Shown here: piece after piece, positions 41,201 to 53,200 of the stretch
How the letters are laid out: each line of letters begins with the position of its first letter
Position numbering within the stretch: position 1 is the first letter of the stretch
Assembly (NCBI GenBank): GCA_904063045.1
Contig: CAJFCJ010000015.1
Coordinates: 1,309,034-1,373,033, forward strand
Length of the DNA stretch: 64,000 nt
From: Dimorphilus gyrociliatus
Lineage: Eukaryota > Animalia > Annelida
Direction of reading: 5' to 3'
Notes under the pieces: model-generated
What the model saw: the letters and a program-made list of their open reading frames with translations, nothing else
Database searches by the model: none
What the model was told of the DNA's origin: nothing
Position numbers and translations under genes: made by a program

Positions 41201-44200
41201 CTATAAAGATAGAATATCAGGAAGACATCCACAACATTGCTCTAAATTAAAAAGAAAAACAGAAAGCGATGAGAGTGGTTATGCGGAAAGTCCAACAGTT
41301 GATCAAACATTGTTAGATGATGCTCGACCAGTTACTGTACAAATAGAATGCGATGAGATTGATAATATTCTTCAAGATACTAATAATATTGATGGGGATG
41401 ATTATTTTAATTCGTCAATTGAGACTATAAAAAAGCAAACAATCGAGTTTATTAAGAAAACGAAAACTCACACAAAAAGGATACAAAAGGATGATTCTAT
41501 CTATACAGATCTTTCATTTCAATCATCCAAGCAGGGTAGTAAAATATTTGGGAAAAGTAAATCATTTGATACTTGGGATTCCCATTCTTTCCAACATGCA
41601 GATACTGAAAAGGTTACTGAAAACTATTCACGCACGCAATACGACCATCTACACACTATTCCTAGTATAAGTGTTCAAAATAACCCTTATGATTTTATAT
41701 CGAGAAACTCTTGCAATGTTGGTGTAGAAACAACTGAAGATGAAAGAATCCCAAAAAATTCTTCGACTCAAACCATCAATGAAAGCCAAGAAGCCAATAG
41801 TTCTTGCGAACAAGCCCCAACAAGTCATTATGATTTTCATGAAAGAAAAAATACGAAAAAGAAAGATCAAATAAAAGATATACCCAAAAAAGGGACTAAA
41901 AATCAAGATCCCAATAGAAAAAATCTTATGAGGCTTATGCTTTCACAAGTCAGAGATTTAAAATCTCAACTTCAACCATATATCGCCCAGAGTGAAGAAC
42001 ACACATCCCGTTTATCTACCTCAAAAACTAAAAGAAAAGTAAGGACAAGAAATCCCACGGCTCAGCGAAGAAATATTTCATTGTCACCAGTAAATAGAGA
42101 TCGCAAGAGAAGGCTACCTAACTTGCCAGAAAATGTGTTAAGTCCAAGACGTTTACCTGCTGCTCCTTTTGATCATCCCCAAAGTACTTTTAAACCAATT
42201 CGTTTGCCTCCTCAACAATTTCAACCGATGCCACCAACGTGCATCATTGTTGCAAGTCCAGCAAGAGAGGAATGCGACGATATTTGCAATAGTTTATCTA
42301 GCTCTAGTTTTTCGTGTTCTTCCTTTTAGATTTTTAGCTATTAATTTATGTATGCGATTTTTCCTGGTTTGAATTTAAATAACTCTGTATTATTTATGGA
42401 ATAAATGAATTAACATGTCTAATTTTTTATTTAATTGAATCCTAGTCACGTGGCAATTATGATCGAGATGTCCAATACTTAAATATTAATTTCCTTGTTT
42501 TTTTCAGAGAACATTTCAGTATTTATCCGAACAAGAAGCAAGTATAGATATATTAAAAGATCTAGCTGGAGTAATTAAGAATCAAGTTAGTTCTCATGAT
42601 GGCATTTTGGTAGACGAAAGAGTATCAGATTTAGATAGAAAAGCAGTGGATTGCAAAGCTAAAATTGAAAAGAACTTGAACAATTATCAGAAAATTGTTG
42701 TTGAATATGATAGTGTTACAAAGAAACTGGAGGCTTTGTGTGCTTGGCTAAATGTTACTGAAGCAACCGTTGAGTCTATGGAACCTATGGGAAGTTCTCC
42801 AAATGATGTTCAACTAGTTCTTGATGCTCTGGAAGCTTTAGAAAACGAAATTATTGAGAAAAAACAAGAGGTCATTCAAGCTGGAGAATCTCCTATTCTA
42901 TTAGAATTAGGGTCTGCCGAGAGAACAATGATACAACAGCGTTTAGACAATCAGATCACCCAGCATTCTAATTTAATGATGAGCGTGGCAGATAAGAAAC
43001 GACAGTTACTAAATGCTCTTACTTACCTCAAAGGATTTCAAATAGAAATGAAATCTTTTGAGGATTGGTTGGTCAATTCAAGAAATTTGCTGTTTAAAGC
43101 CAAAAATCCTCAATCAGTTACTGAACAGGCTAATCTAATGAAAACTATTCTAGATGATATAAAAGATCATAAAATTCTAATCGAAAAATTACAGAGAGAC
43201 ACTGCTACTATAGCATCACTCTGTTCTGTAGAAAAGCGAGAAGATTTATTGAATCGCCTGCAGCAGATGAATGATCAGTATGATGAACTTAAGTGTTTAG
43301 CTGAAGAGAGTACTCTAGAAAACAAAAAATCTCTAAACAGCCTAAAGTCTATTTCTGGAGATGTTGAAACTGTTCATAAATGGTTAGAAGAAACAAGCTC
43401 TAATTTAAAACCCCTAGTAATAGAAAACATTAACGTAGGCTCTCTTGAATCTGATAAACAATATCATGATAATCTCCTTCGTACGGCTGATGAAATGATG
43501 ACGGCTCTAGATTCTATCAGAGACAGAGCTTCCGAAATTAATGGTTCTCAAAGATTCGAGATTCTTGAAAGCATTGGAAACGAATATGAGAATGTTGAAT
43601 ATCTAAAATCCACCTTAGAGCAGAGAAAAGCAGATATTGAACGGGCTTTGCATACTCACTCTCAAACAGAAGGCAAAATTACAGAAGTGCAACAAATTTT
43701 AATTGGCAAATTAAATGAGCTAACAAAACTTTCAAAAGCTCCCATAGGGCCCAGTCAAGAAAGTGCTCGTCGACTTCTTATTCAAGCAGAGAGACTGGAA
43801 AGGGAATTAAGAGATTATAAACCTCAAGTTGAGGAGACAGTTAGTTCTTTATCGGAATTTTCGAAGGGAGGACACCAACGAACAGAACAGGAAATGACAA
43901 AACTTGTTAAACTCAGTAGCGATGTAGAAAATGCTTGCGAACAGCTTCTGTCGAAATTTAAAAGTGCGGCAGCTCTACGAAGGACATATGCCGAACATAG
44001 AGGAGAGATTGAAACAGTTATCGATCAAATGTATCAACAAATTGAGGCTGTAGAATATGAAGGTGTTCCTGTTCACACAAAATTAGATCGATATGAAGCT
44101 GTCCTTGAAACAATAGCCGCAAAAGATCCACAATTAGGAATATTACAAGATCGAGGAGAGCAAATTAAAGCTGATGGAACAGTAGCTGATAAGGATGTAA

Positions 44201-47200
44201 TATCGTCTCAAATGGAGACCTTGCAAAAGAAAATGTCTGACTTGAAAAGTAATGCCGAGGAGAGGGGTAGATCTGTCCGATTTGTTATATCAGAAAGAGA
44301 AGAGAGAGATCAGGCTCTAACCAATGATATATCTTGGCTGGAGGACAAGTTAAAACGTTTACAAAAACAAACACCATTACCAATTGATTTGGCAGAGGCA
44401 ATTGCAGACAGAGAAATATTTGAAAAACGCGTCTCTGAAATAGAATATCGATTAGAAGATGTTGTAATAAAAGGGCAAACTCAAAAGAATCATTTTGAAA
44501 ACCTTAATGAAATGGTTCCTTTAGACATTCGTGATAAATTAGAAGAAATTGAAACCATTCAGAGAGAACTGACAGATAGTGTCGCTGAAAAAAGAAAATA
44601 TTTAGACAATGCATGTCTGTTACGAAAATCATTTGAGGAAATGTTTTCAAATATAAGGGATTGGGTTAGACAATCTGAAGCTATTGTTAGATCAACAAAC
44701 AGCACTTTAGAAATGGTAAGACCTGTGATTGGAAATCAAATTGTTAAAGAAGCTGAGATAAAGTCATTAGAAGAGGTTGCTAATCAACTGACTAGGTCAT
44801 TGGACCTCAACGATTCTCAAACTATTAATGAAATGGTAGAGGGTATGCGTGACAGAATCAAATCTGCTGTTGAAAGTGCAAAGGAAAAAGAAAGACAACT
44901 CGAGACTGAGAATAAATCTAATAAGACTTTCTCAGAACTACTAAACCAAGTAAAATCAACAAATAAAGATTGTGAAGATAAATTGAAAAAGTGTTCAACT
45001 CTCCATTCCCCATCGAGTGCAGAGCATGCTAAAAATCTGGCTTTGGAATGGCAAGAAGCAGTTGACTTTATAACTCAGTATTCGCCCCTGGTAGAACGGT
45101 TAAAGTCCTCCGCAGCTGAACTACGGTCACATTTAAGCGAAAATGAGCTTCAAGATTATTTATCAGCTATTAAAACTTGGAATGCAATTCTTAATCAAGT
45201 TGGAGAGGGTAAAGATGCAGCAGATCAGTTGGCAAGCGAATGGAAAGATTGGAACAGCGATACAGACGAAATAACTACTTCACTCAAAGATATTGATTCT
45301 CTTTTAACTACAGATATTCAAAATATAGACATGAATGAATTAACTGAACAGTTTTATAAGATAAAACAGGCAGAGAGAAATATTATTAGCATGGAGCCGA
45401 AAATACGAGATTTAAAAGTGAATGCTCAATCCTTGATAGGAAAATTCTCAGATAATAATGACTCCCAAGACATATTACAAAATAAACTGATGACTGTTTT
45501 GGCTTCTTACGAGGAAAATAAGGAAAACGTTAAAGAAAATTTGAATACACTGGAAGCTGCACTGGCGGAGAGAGACAATGTGAAAAAAGCATTGTATACG
45601 ATTAAGCAATCACTAGACACCATTCAATTGAAATTGCATCAACTATCGATATCAAGAGGTTTGAAGCCAAAAGATAAACTAGAACGACAGCAAACTTTGG
45701 AAAGTGAAATGAAAGAAAAGATGAAAAATTACCATGCTGCAGTAGACAGGACCAATATTCCCATGGAACTTGTAGAAGAAGCTAAGTCAATAGAAGAAAA
45801 ATACCTAGAAGTTTGTAAAGCTATTGAAAACACTCAAAACGATTTAAAAGATGTTCAAACTATTCAAAGTGAATTTGAAACACGATTTCAAAATGTGAAA
45901 CTATGGTTAGAGAATGCCAGTAAAACCTTATCACAGCCACCATCTGATGTGTTGAAATCAGTCGATGATGTTGATGAATTAATGTCAGAATTCCCTAAAT
46001 TTGAAATTGAGTTTGAAGAATTAAACGCAAAAGCTAATATTTTACTGAAGAGTGCTTCTCCACTCGCGAAGTTACCCTTAGAGAGGTCGATGGCAGATAT
46101 TAGTGACAAGTGGAAAGTCATAAAGTCAGCAGCTGAGAAGCAGCTAAAGGAAGCAAAGGAAACGAAAGATGCATATGAAACATCAGAAAATCTAGCAAAT
46201 GAGTTTGAAATATGGCTCGCGAATGTCGAAAGTTCAACAACGCCTTTTGAAGATTGGAAAAACTCAAACGAACTACAAAATAAGTCAGCTCAAGTAAAAA
46301 GAGCAATAGTAGAAGTCAGTAATCGCTCAGAAGATATAAACAAACTTCAACTTGCTCTTGAGCGGCTGCAAAGACAACCCCAATCGTTGGATGTTATAGA
46401 AAGGCTCCAGAATATTGACAAGAAATACTCTGTCTTACAAACTACTCTCCCTGAAAAATTGTCAGCTATGGAATCATGGAAGGACTGTCAGAAAGATTTA
46501 ACAAGTGTTACGAGTGCGTTTAACGATTTACAAAAAACAATGTCAAATTCTGTTTTAGAAGAAGCTCCTGCTGTTGAAAAACTTAAAGTGAAGCAACATC
46601 AATTGATAGAAGTAAATAAGCAGCTAGATGCACTTGCTATAGCACAAAGAAAAGAAAGAGATGCGAGAAGCAAAATGAGGTGTGATAATCCATCTCCGTT
46701 ATGTGGGCCACTCATAGCAGAACTAAAGGAACTGAAGGATCAACTTAACAATGATTGCCGATCCTTAAGAACACAAAGTACAAAAGAAACGGCTAAAGTG
46801 AGAGAGATTGATGATTTGAAAACGAAACTTGCTCAAGCAGAAGCAACCCTTCGAAAGAAAACTTCTGGTGGAGAGAAAGTGCCAAAATCTCTTGATGACA
46901 TTCGCAAAGAAATTGCTGAAACTCAAGTAAGTGTTTCATACTTTATCTCCCATTTGCTTACTCTACTGTTTGGTGTTTTTTTCTCGTGTGGCATGAAGCT
47001 TTCCATATCTTACTGTCTTCTAACTATTTTCGACGGCTTCACAAAGCACCTTATCTGTTGTCTTTGCACACTCTTATCTGCACGATATAACATTTTCTGT
47101 ACAGGAACTAACACGCCAAGTGAAGGCTCTAAAAGATCGTATTTCCACTGTTAGTAATAGAATGTTGTATTTGCCCTATGGTACTAGTGCAAATTCTACC

Positions 47201-50200
47201 CCTAGAGATACCCCATATTACATGAGTAGTGAACCTTCATCTCGCAGTAGTACTCCTAGTTTGACATCTCTTGATAAGGGCAAACTTGACTATAATCATT
47301 TATTCCCTATTAAGCCTTCATATGACTTTCATGTAATCAAAGACAACCCATTATCCCTTTCTGGTACGGTGTTTGAATTAACAGAGGAAATTAATAAATC
47401 ATTTGAAAATCAAATTTCCGAACCGATTATAACTATGAGCAAACTGGATGACCCTTCTTCAATAGAAAAAGTAAATAGTGCTAAAGATATTATTTTCGAC
47501 TCTTCTGATTTGCTACCAGCAAATAATGAATTTCTGATTATAGTGGAAACTTCTAATTCAATTGATAAAGTTATTTTTGAGCAAAACGATTCAAAGTGCT
47601 CTGAAATAATTCTCGACAATAAATATCAGGGAAAAAGTGATGTTAAAGGTAACAAATTACAAAAGGAGGATAAAAATACTGAAGGTCCCAGAGAACAGCA
47701 AAACACTCAAAACTCCATAAATAACGGATATAACTTAAAATGTACTCACTCTGTATCAACAACTCATGAACATTCTTTCTCTAAGGAGGAAAGTTTACAA
47801 CCGAAACACAAATTTAGTGAAGACTCAACTGATTCCGACGATTATGAAAGCTTCTCTTCAGATTCAATATATTTTAGTCCCAACAGAAGTAGAAGAAGTA
47901 CTTTAGAGGAATTAACTTTTAGTATTAATGACAATATTACTAAAAATTCACCATCTGGAGATGAAAATATAATGTATAAAGTTCAGAATAATTCATTAAT
48001 CTTATCTTCACCACTCGATTTGTCCGAGGACATTAGTTTCCTGCCGGAAGTAGAATTTAATAAAGCAAAAGAAGAAAACATCCCCGAAATAAGATGGACT
48101 AAAGCAGTAATGAGCTTTCCAATATATGATGCCGATGATGAGTATGAAGAGAGTAGTCGTTCGTCTAGTCAAAACACTCATCTCAGTAGTAAAAGCAGCC
48201 CAGAGCTGGCTGTTTCTGAAAAATGTTCGGATTTAGCAACAGAAGAATACAAAATTGATGATGTTGAAATTTTAAATGAAAATAGTTGCGATGAAAGCAA
48301 CGACGCAAGCGGCACAACAAATACTATAAATAAAATAATAGATTTAGAAGTATTTGAATCGCCTGTTCTAACTGATACTGGTTACTTTAGCGAAAAATCT
48401 TTAAATGAATATAATGAAAAAACTACATCAAGTTTAGTAGGTGGCACAGAAATATTAAATGAAATAACAATTGAAAAAATCCTAGAATCAACCAAACTCA
48501 ATACTACAAATGAAAAGGACGAACTAACAATGTATCCAATTCAAACTGTAGTAGCAAATAGTGAACCCAATGAAAATGAACTTGCAAATGCGAGACAAAT
48601 AATTACGGATATTAATATTGAGACAGACCTTGAATCATTAACATTTCAATTAGCTGAAAAGCAATCTAAACCACTGCCTAACATTGAACTATCAGTACAC
48701 AGTAGAGCCTATCTTGAATATCCACCCAAAGAAGATGGCTTGTTTCATAAACCGGATAAAGACAGTTTATATAAGGAGTTAGAATTGTTGCAAAAAGAAC
48801 TTATAAATCGACCACAATGCATAATTGAAGTAGAAATTGAAGAAAGTTTAGAATCGAAAGTAACAAATCCAGTAGAAGATGAAAATGCTTCCAGTAGACA
48901 ACTCTTTATTCCAGTATCAAGTATGCATATAGAACTAGACAAGGATCCGCTAAAAGCTGATTCTTCTCATGAATACCAATCAATTAAATGGAATACCAAA
49001 AATGACTCTAAAGAAAATATACTCCCGGAAGACCAAAATTATACTCTGGACAATCCAAGTCTAACTGATACAATAGAATTGTTTCGAAAACAAAACTTGA
49101 CTGATATTCAGGTAGCAGCTGCACTAACAATGGAAACATTTTTAGAATCAACAATGTTCAGTTTACATGAAGGTAAAAAAAATCCAGTGAAAGAATGCCC
49201 CATTGATATATTGACCTCTAAAGGTAATTCTGAAGAAAGTGCTTCAAGCGTCATGGTATGCTATACGCCTGATGACAAAAACTATGGCAATGAAATTGAA
49301 TTGATGCAAGCACTACCTAAATCACATATAGCAAATGAGCTGAGTATTGTATCAAATCTACAATCAACAGTATTTAAGACATTAGATAACAACGTAACTT
49401 TAAAAAAAGAACACACGCCATCAGATGAGTCGTATTTTGAACTTGATAACAAGAGTTATTTGAAACAGATGGAACCAATAAGAGAAAAGGACCTAACTGA
49501 TAAATATATATCGACCGAATTAATGATAGAAACAAATTTAGAATCAACAGTATTCCATTCAATGGAATATGAGAACAACTTACTAAAGGAAGCCGCCACT
49601 AGAAAAGGTGGAAAATATGACTTAGAGTATGTCTCAACCGATGAATGTTGTGTACCAACATTTGGTATAATAAAACCAACTGATGAAATTGCATTGATAC
49701 GTGGATATCATCAATTATTCAATACACATTTGACTACTGAAGTTACTGTTGTAATACATCTAGAATCAACAATGTTTAAAGCAGAGAGTAGAGACCATAC
49801 TAGAACTCAGAATTTCGCTAAGGAATTTTCGTCTATCGAAAGTGCCCTGGAAGAAAGTATATCAAGAGACGAATTGTACTTTACACAAGATAAAGACAGC
49901 TTCTCTGGTGACAGAGAACTAATACAAATCACCCATGAAACATCTGTTTTGTCAGAGCTTGCTGTTGAAACACATTTAGAACCAACATCATTTAATACAA
50001 TAGATATTTACAATGATAGTGCAACAAAATATCTGAAAAAAGCAGCTTTGACTGACGAAGGAAATTTTGAGAAAGACAAATCTAATGAATGCAACACAAC
50101 TAAAATTAAATTTGAACAAACTCAAAAGTTATCAAAAGCCAGCATAAAGGAATTAAAATTGTTACAAAAAGAACTTTCAAATCGACCACAATGCATAATT

Positions 50201-53200
50201 GAAGTAAACATTGCAGAAAGTTTAGAATCGAGAGTAACAAATCCAGTAGAAGATGAAAATGCTTCCAGTAGACAACTCTTTATTCCAGCATCATGTATGC
50301 ACATAGAACTAGAAAAGGAAGAGTTAACTGACGAGTCGTTTTTTACACCGGATAGTCAAAGTATAATTAATGCAATAGAATTATTGCAGAGGTACCTATC
50401 TGAAACTTGTACAATAACCAAAGTCTTAATCGAATCATACCTGGAGTCAACAAGTTTTAATCAAATGGACAATTTCAATAATCTATCACAAGAAGACTTG
50501 ACACACATTAAAAGTGAAGGTGAAGGCGGGAACTTATATCTAACACCTGATAAAGAAAGTATAGCGGGAGAATTGGCAGTATTACAAAAACAAGAGTTGA
50601 ATGAAGCAAGTACAATAAATGATTTAATAATTGAAACACATCTAGAATCAAGAACTATTAATTCAGTTGATAACGGGCATGCCAGTTCAGAATTGACAGA
50701 ATTTCATGTAAATGATAATTGTGATACTACAAAAAGTGAAGTGTTCCTTACTCAAGACGATATAAAGTTGGTTGAAGAAATCGAATTGCTTAAAAACGAA
50801 TTCTCATCTGGAAATAAAATAATTAATGAGTTAACATTAAAAGTTAATTTAGAAACAACTACATTTCCTTTACTGGAAACTGAAAGTAATACACGAAAAA
50901 ACTTCCTTCCTATTTCATTGACTGAAGACACTGATAGCGAAAAAGCTACTTCAGAGAATATATACCTCTCCTTTGAGTCGAAAAAACACGGCTCCGCTGA
51001 AGATTTATCATGGATTGAAGGTGACTTAGAAAGAGAAGAAAATATTGACCATGTTGAATATTTAATCCAAACTAGGCATGGAAGCATATCACAAACTGGA
51101 GATAACAAGACACAGATATATTGTAATCCCAACCCTAATTTTTTTAATTTTGAGCTAGCTATGCTGGAATGTTTGAATAAGAAAGATGTAATTGTAAAAG
51201 CTACAATAGAAACACATTTGGAATCTATGAGATTTGTATTATCTGACGAAGAAGTAGAAATGTTAAAGGAACGAATTCGAACTGTAACGAATAATAGTCA
51301 AATGACACGCATTGAAAAGCCGTCAAAGCAGGTAATAAAAATAATTTATTAGTATGACTTCAATAAAGTTTCCATTTTTTTCAGGAAAGTAAGGAACTTT
51401 TCGTACCAGTTTACTTCGTTTCAGAAATAAATTTGGAGTCAACCAAGTTTGAGGAAGTTAGAACAAATTCTCCTATCACAGCAGAAATACTTTGTAAGAA
51501 AAGTTTTCAGTCCCCTGATATTCACTCTGAAGATCATGAGTTTTCGAAACGATATCCAACCAGCATATTTTCTCCAAAAAAGAAAATAATTTTCAATGAA
51601 AAAATGCAGCTCTTTCCTGAATTGGGAAAAAAACAAGAAGTATTACGAATTGCCACAGAAACATACCTTCAATCAACAAAATTTAAGGATTCACAGAAAA
51701 ATTTAGAAGATACAATATCTTCAAGCTCTACAAAGGAAACGAAACAAGCATCACACAACAAAAATACAGAGAAGGAGATATCAAGAGAAACAAGCTTAGA
51801 ATCTACAAAGTTGAATCCCAGTGAAGAACATACATCTATGGAGAGTTTTAATAATAACCGTAAAGAGGATAATGAATTTTTTATGCCAGAGAGTACGATC
51901 ACTAATTTTAGACACGAAAAACTTAGAGCAGTAGAAATTACTACTATTCTTGAATCAGTATGTATAACTGCCCCTAAAAATGATGGTGACAGTGACATTA
52001 CGCCAAGGAACATAGATGAAAATATATCTCAATCTCCAACTAAAATCAGTCAAAATTTAAATACATTTACATCATCATATATTGTAAATATCGAAGACGT
52101 TTTAAAAGAGACTGAAAGGAATAACGTCATTTTCTTAATCCAAACAAAAACCAATCTTGAATCTAAACATTTGGCAGTTAATATTAATATGCACGAGGAG
52201 CATTTCTCACAAAATTTATACTTCATTCAAGAAGGTGCTACACCGAAACGAGAAAATGAGATATATCTCAAATCTAAAATATCGAATATAAGCAGCAAAG
52301 AAGAAATCATTGAAAGCATTAAGCCAGTTGGATACTTACTGCAGTTATCTTTAATTGTAACCCTTGAGCCAACAAGCTTCACGATCCATGATATTGCCAA
52401 TACCTCTTTTAAACAAAAACAAGATAAAGTTCCAGAATATGAATCATCAAAAAGTGACGATTTCGAGAAAAGCGAAGTCTTTTTCACGCCATCAATGTCG
52501 AACATAAAGAGCGAATTGGAATTTATTGAAAGTCAAACAAAAACCAAAAGTCTAATAGAAATAAACCAATTTTCCAATCTTGAACCAACATGTTTTAAGA
52601 TCAATAACATTGAATATGACTACTGCAAAAACATTCACAAAGATGTTGAAAAAGATGCCAAACAATTTTCGCCGAAAACAACAAACCTACATAACGAAAT
52701 TCAGTGTTTTCAAAGCGAGCCACAATCGAGAAACTTGATACAAATCTCAGCAATTACCAATCTTCAGTCAACTCATTTCCAGACGCACACCTCAAAACAC
52801 ACAAACGATGATCATCAAAAGTACAAGTCAACAGAACTCAAAGATTCCAATAAAATTAAAACATTTCCTTCAAATCCAGACATCCATTGCAAACATAACG
52901 ATTACATCAACGAAATAACGCACGTTACTCATCTTGAATCAAAAAATTTCAAGAAAAGTGAATATCATGATATCTCATTTGTTAAGAAAGGCTATGATGT
53001 TCTGGAAGATGAAACAACAGAAACAAAAAATTGTGAAGAAAGTGAAAGGTTCTTTATACCTCGATCATCAAGTGTATTAGACGAACTTGAATGTTTCGAA
53101 AGCGTGTCAAAAACGAGTAACTTAATCGCAGTATCGAATGCCACTAATCTCGAATCTATATATTTCAAGAGTAGTGATTTCGAAAGTGAAATCTCTGAAA

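Noticed and set aside
21283-52505. Many minus-strand ORFs opposite the nesprin exons
   Set aside because: S/L/F-rich antisense frames expected opposite E/K/Q-rich coding sequence, with no independent splice or start evidence.
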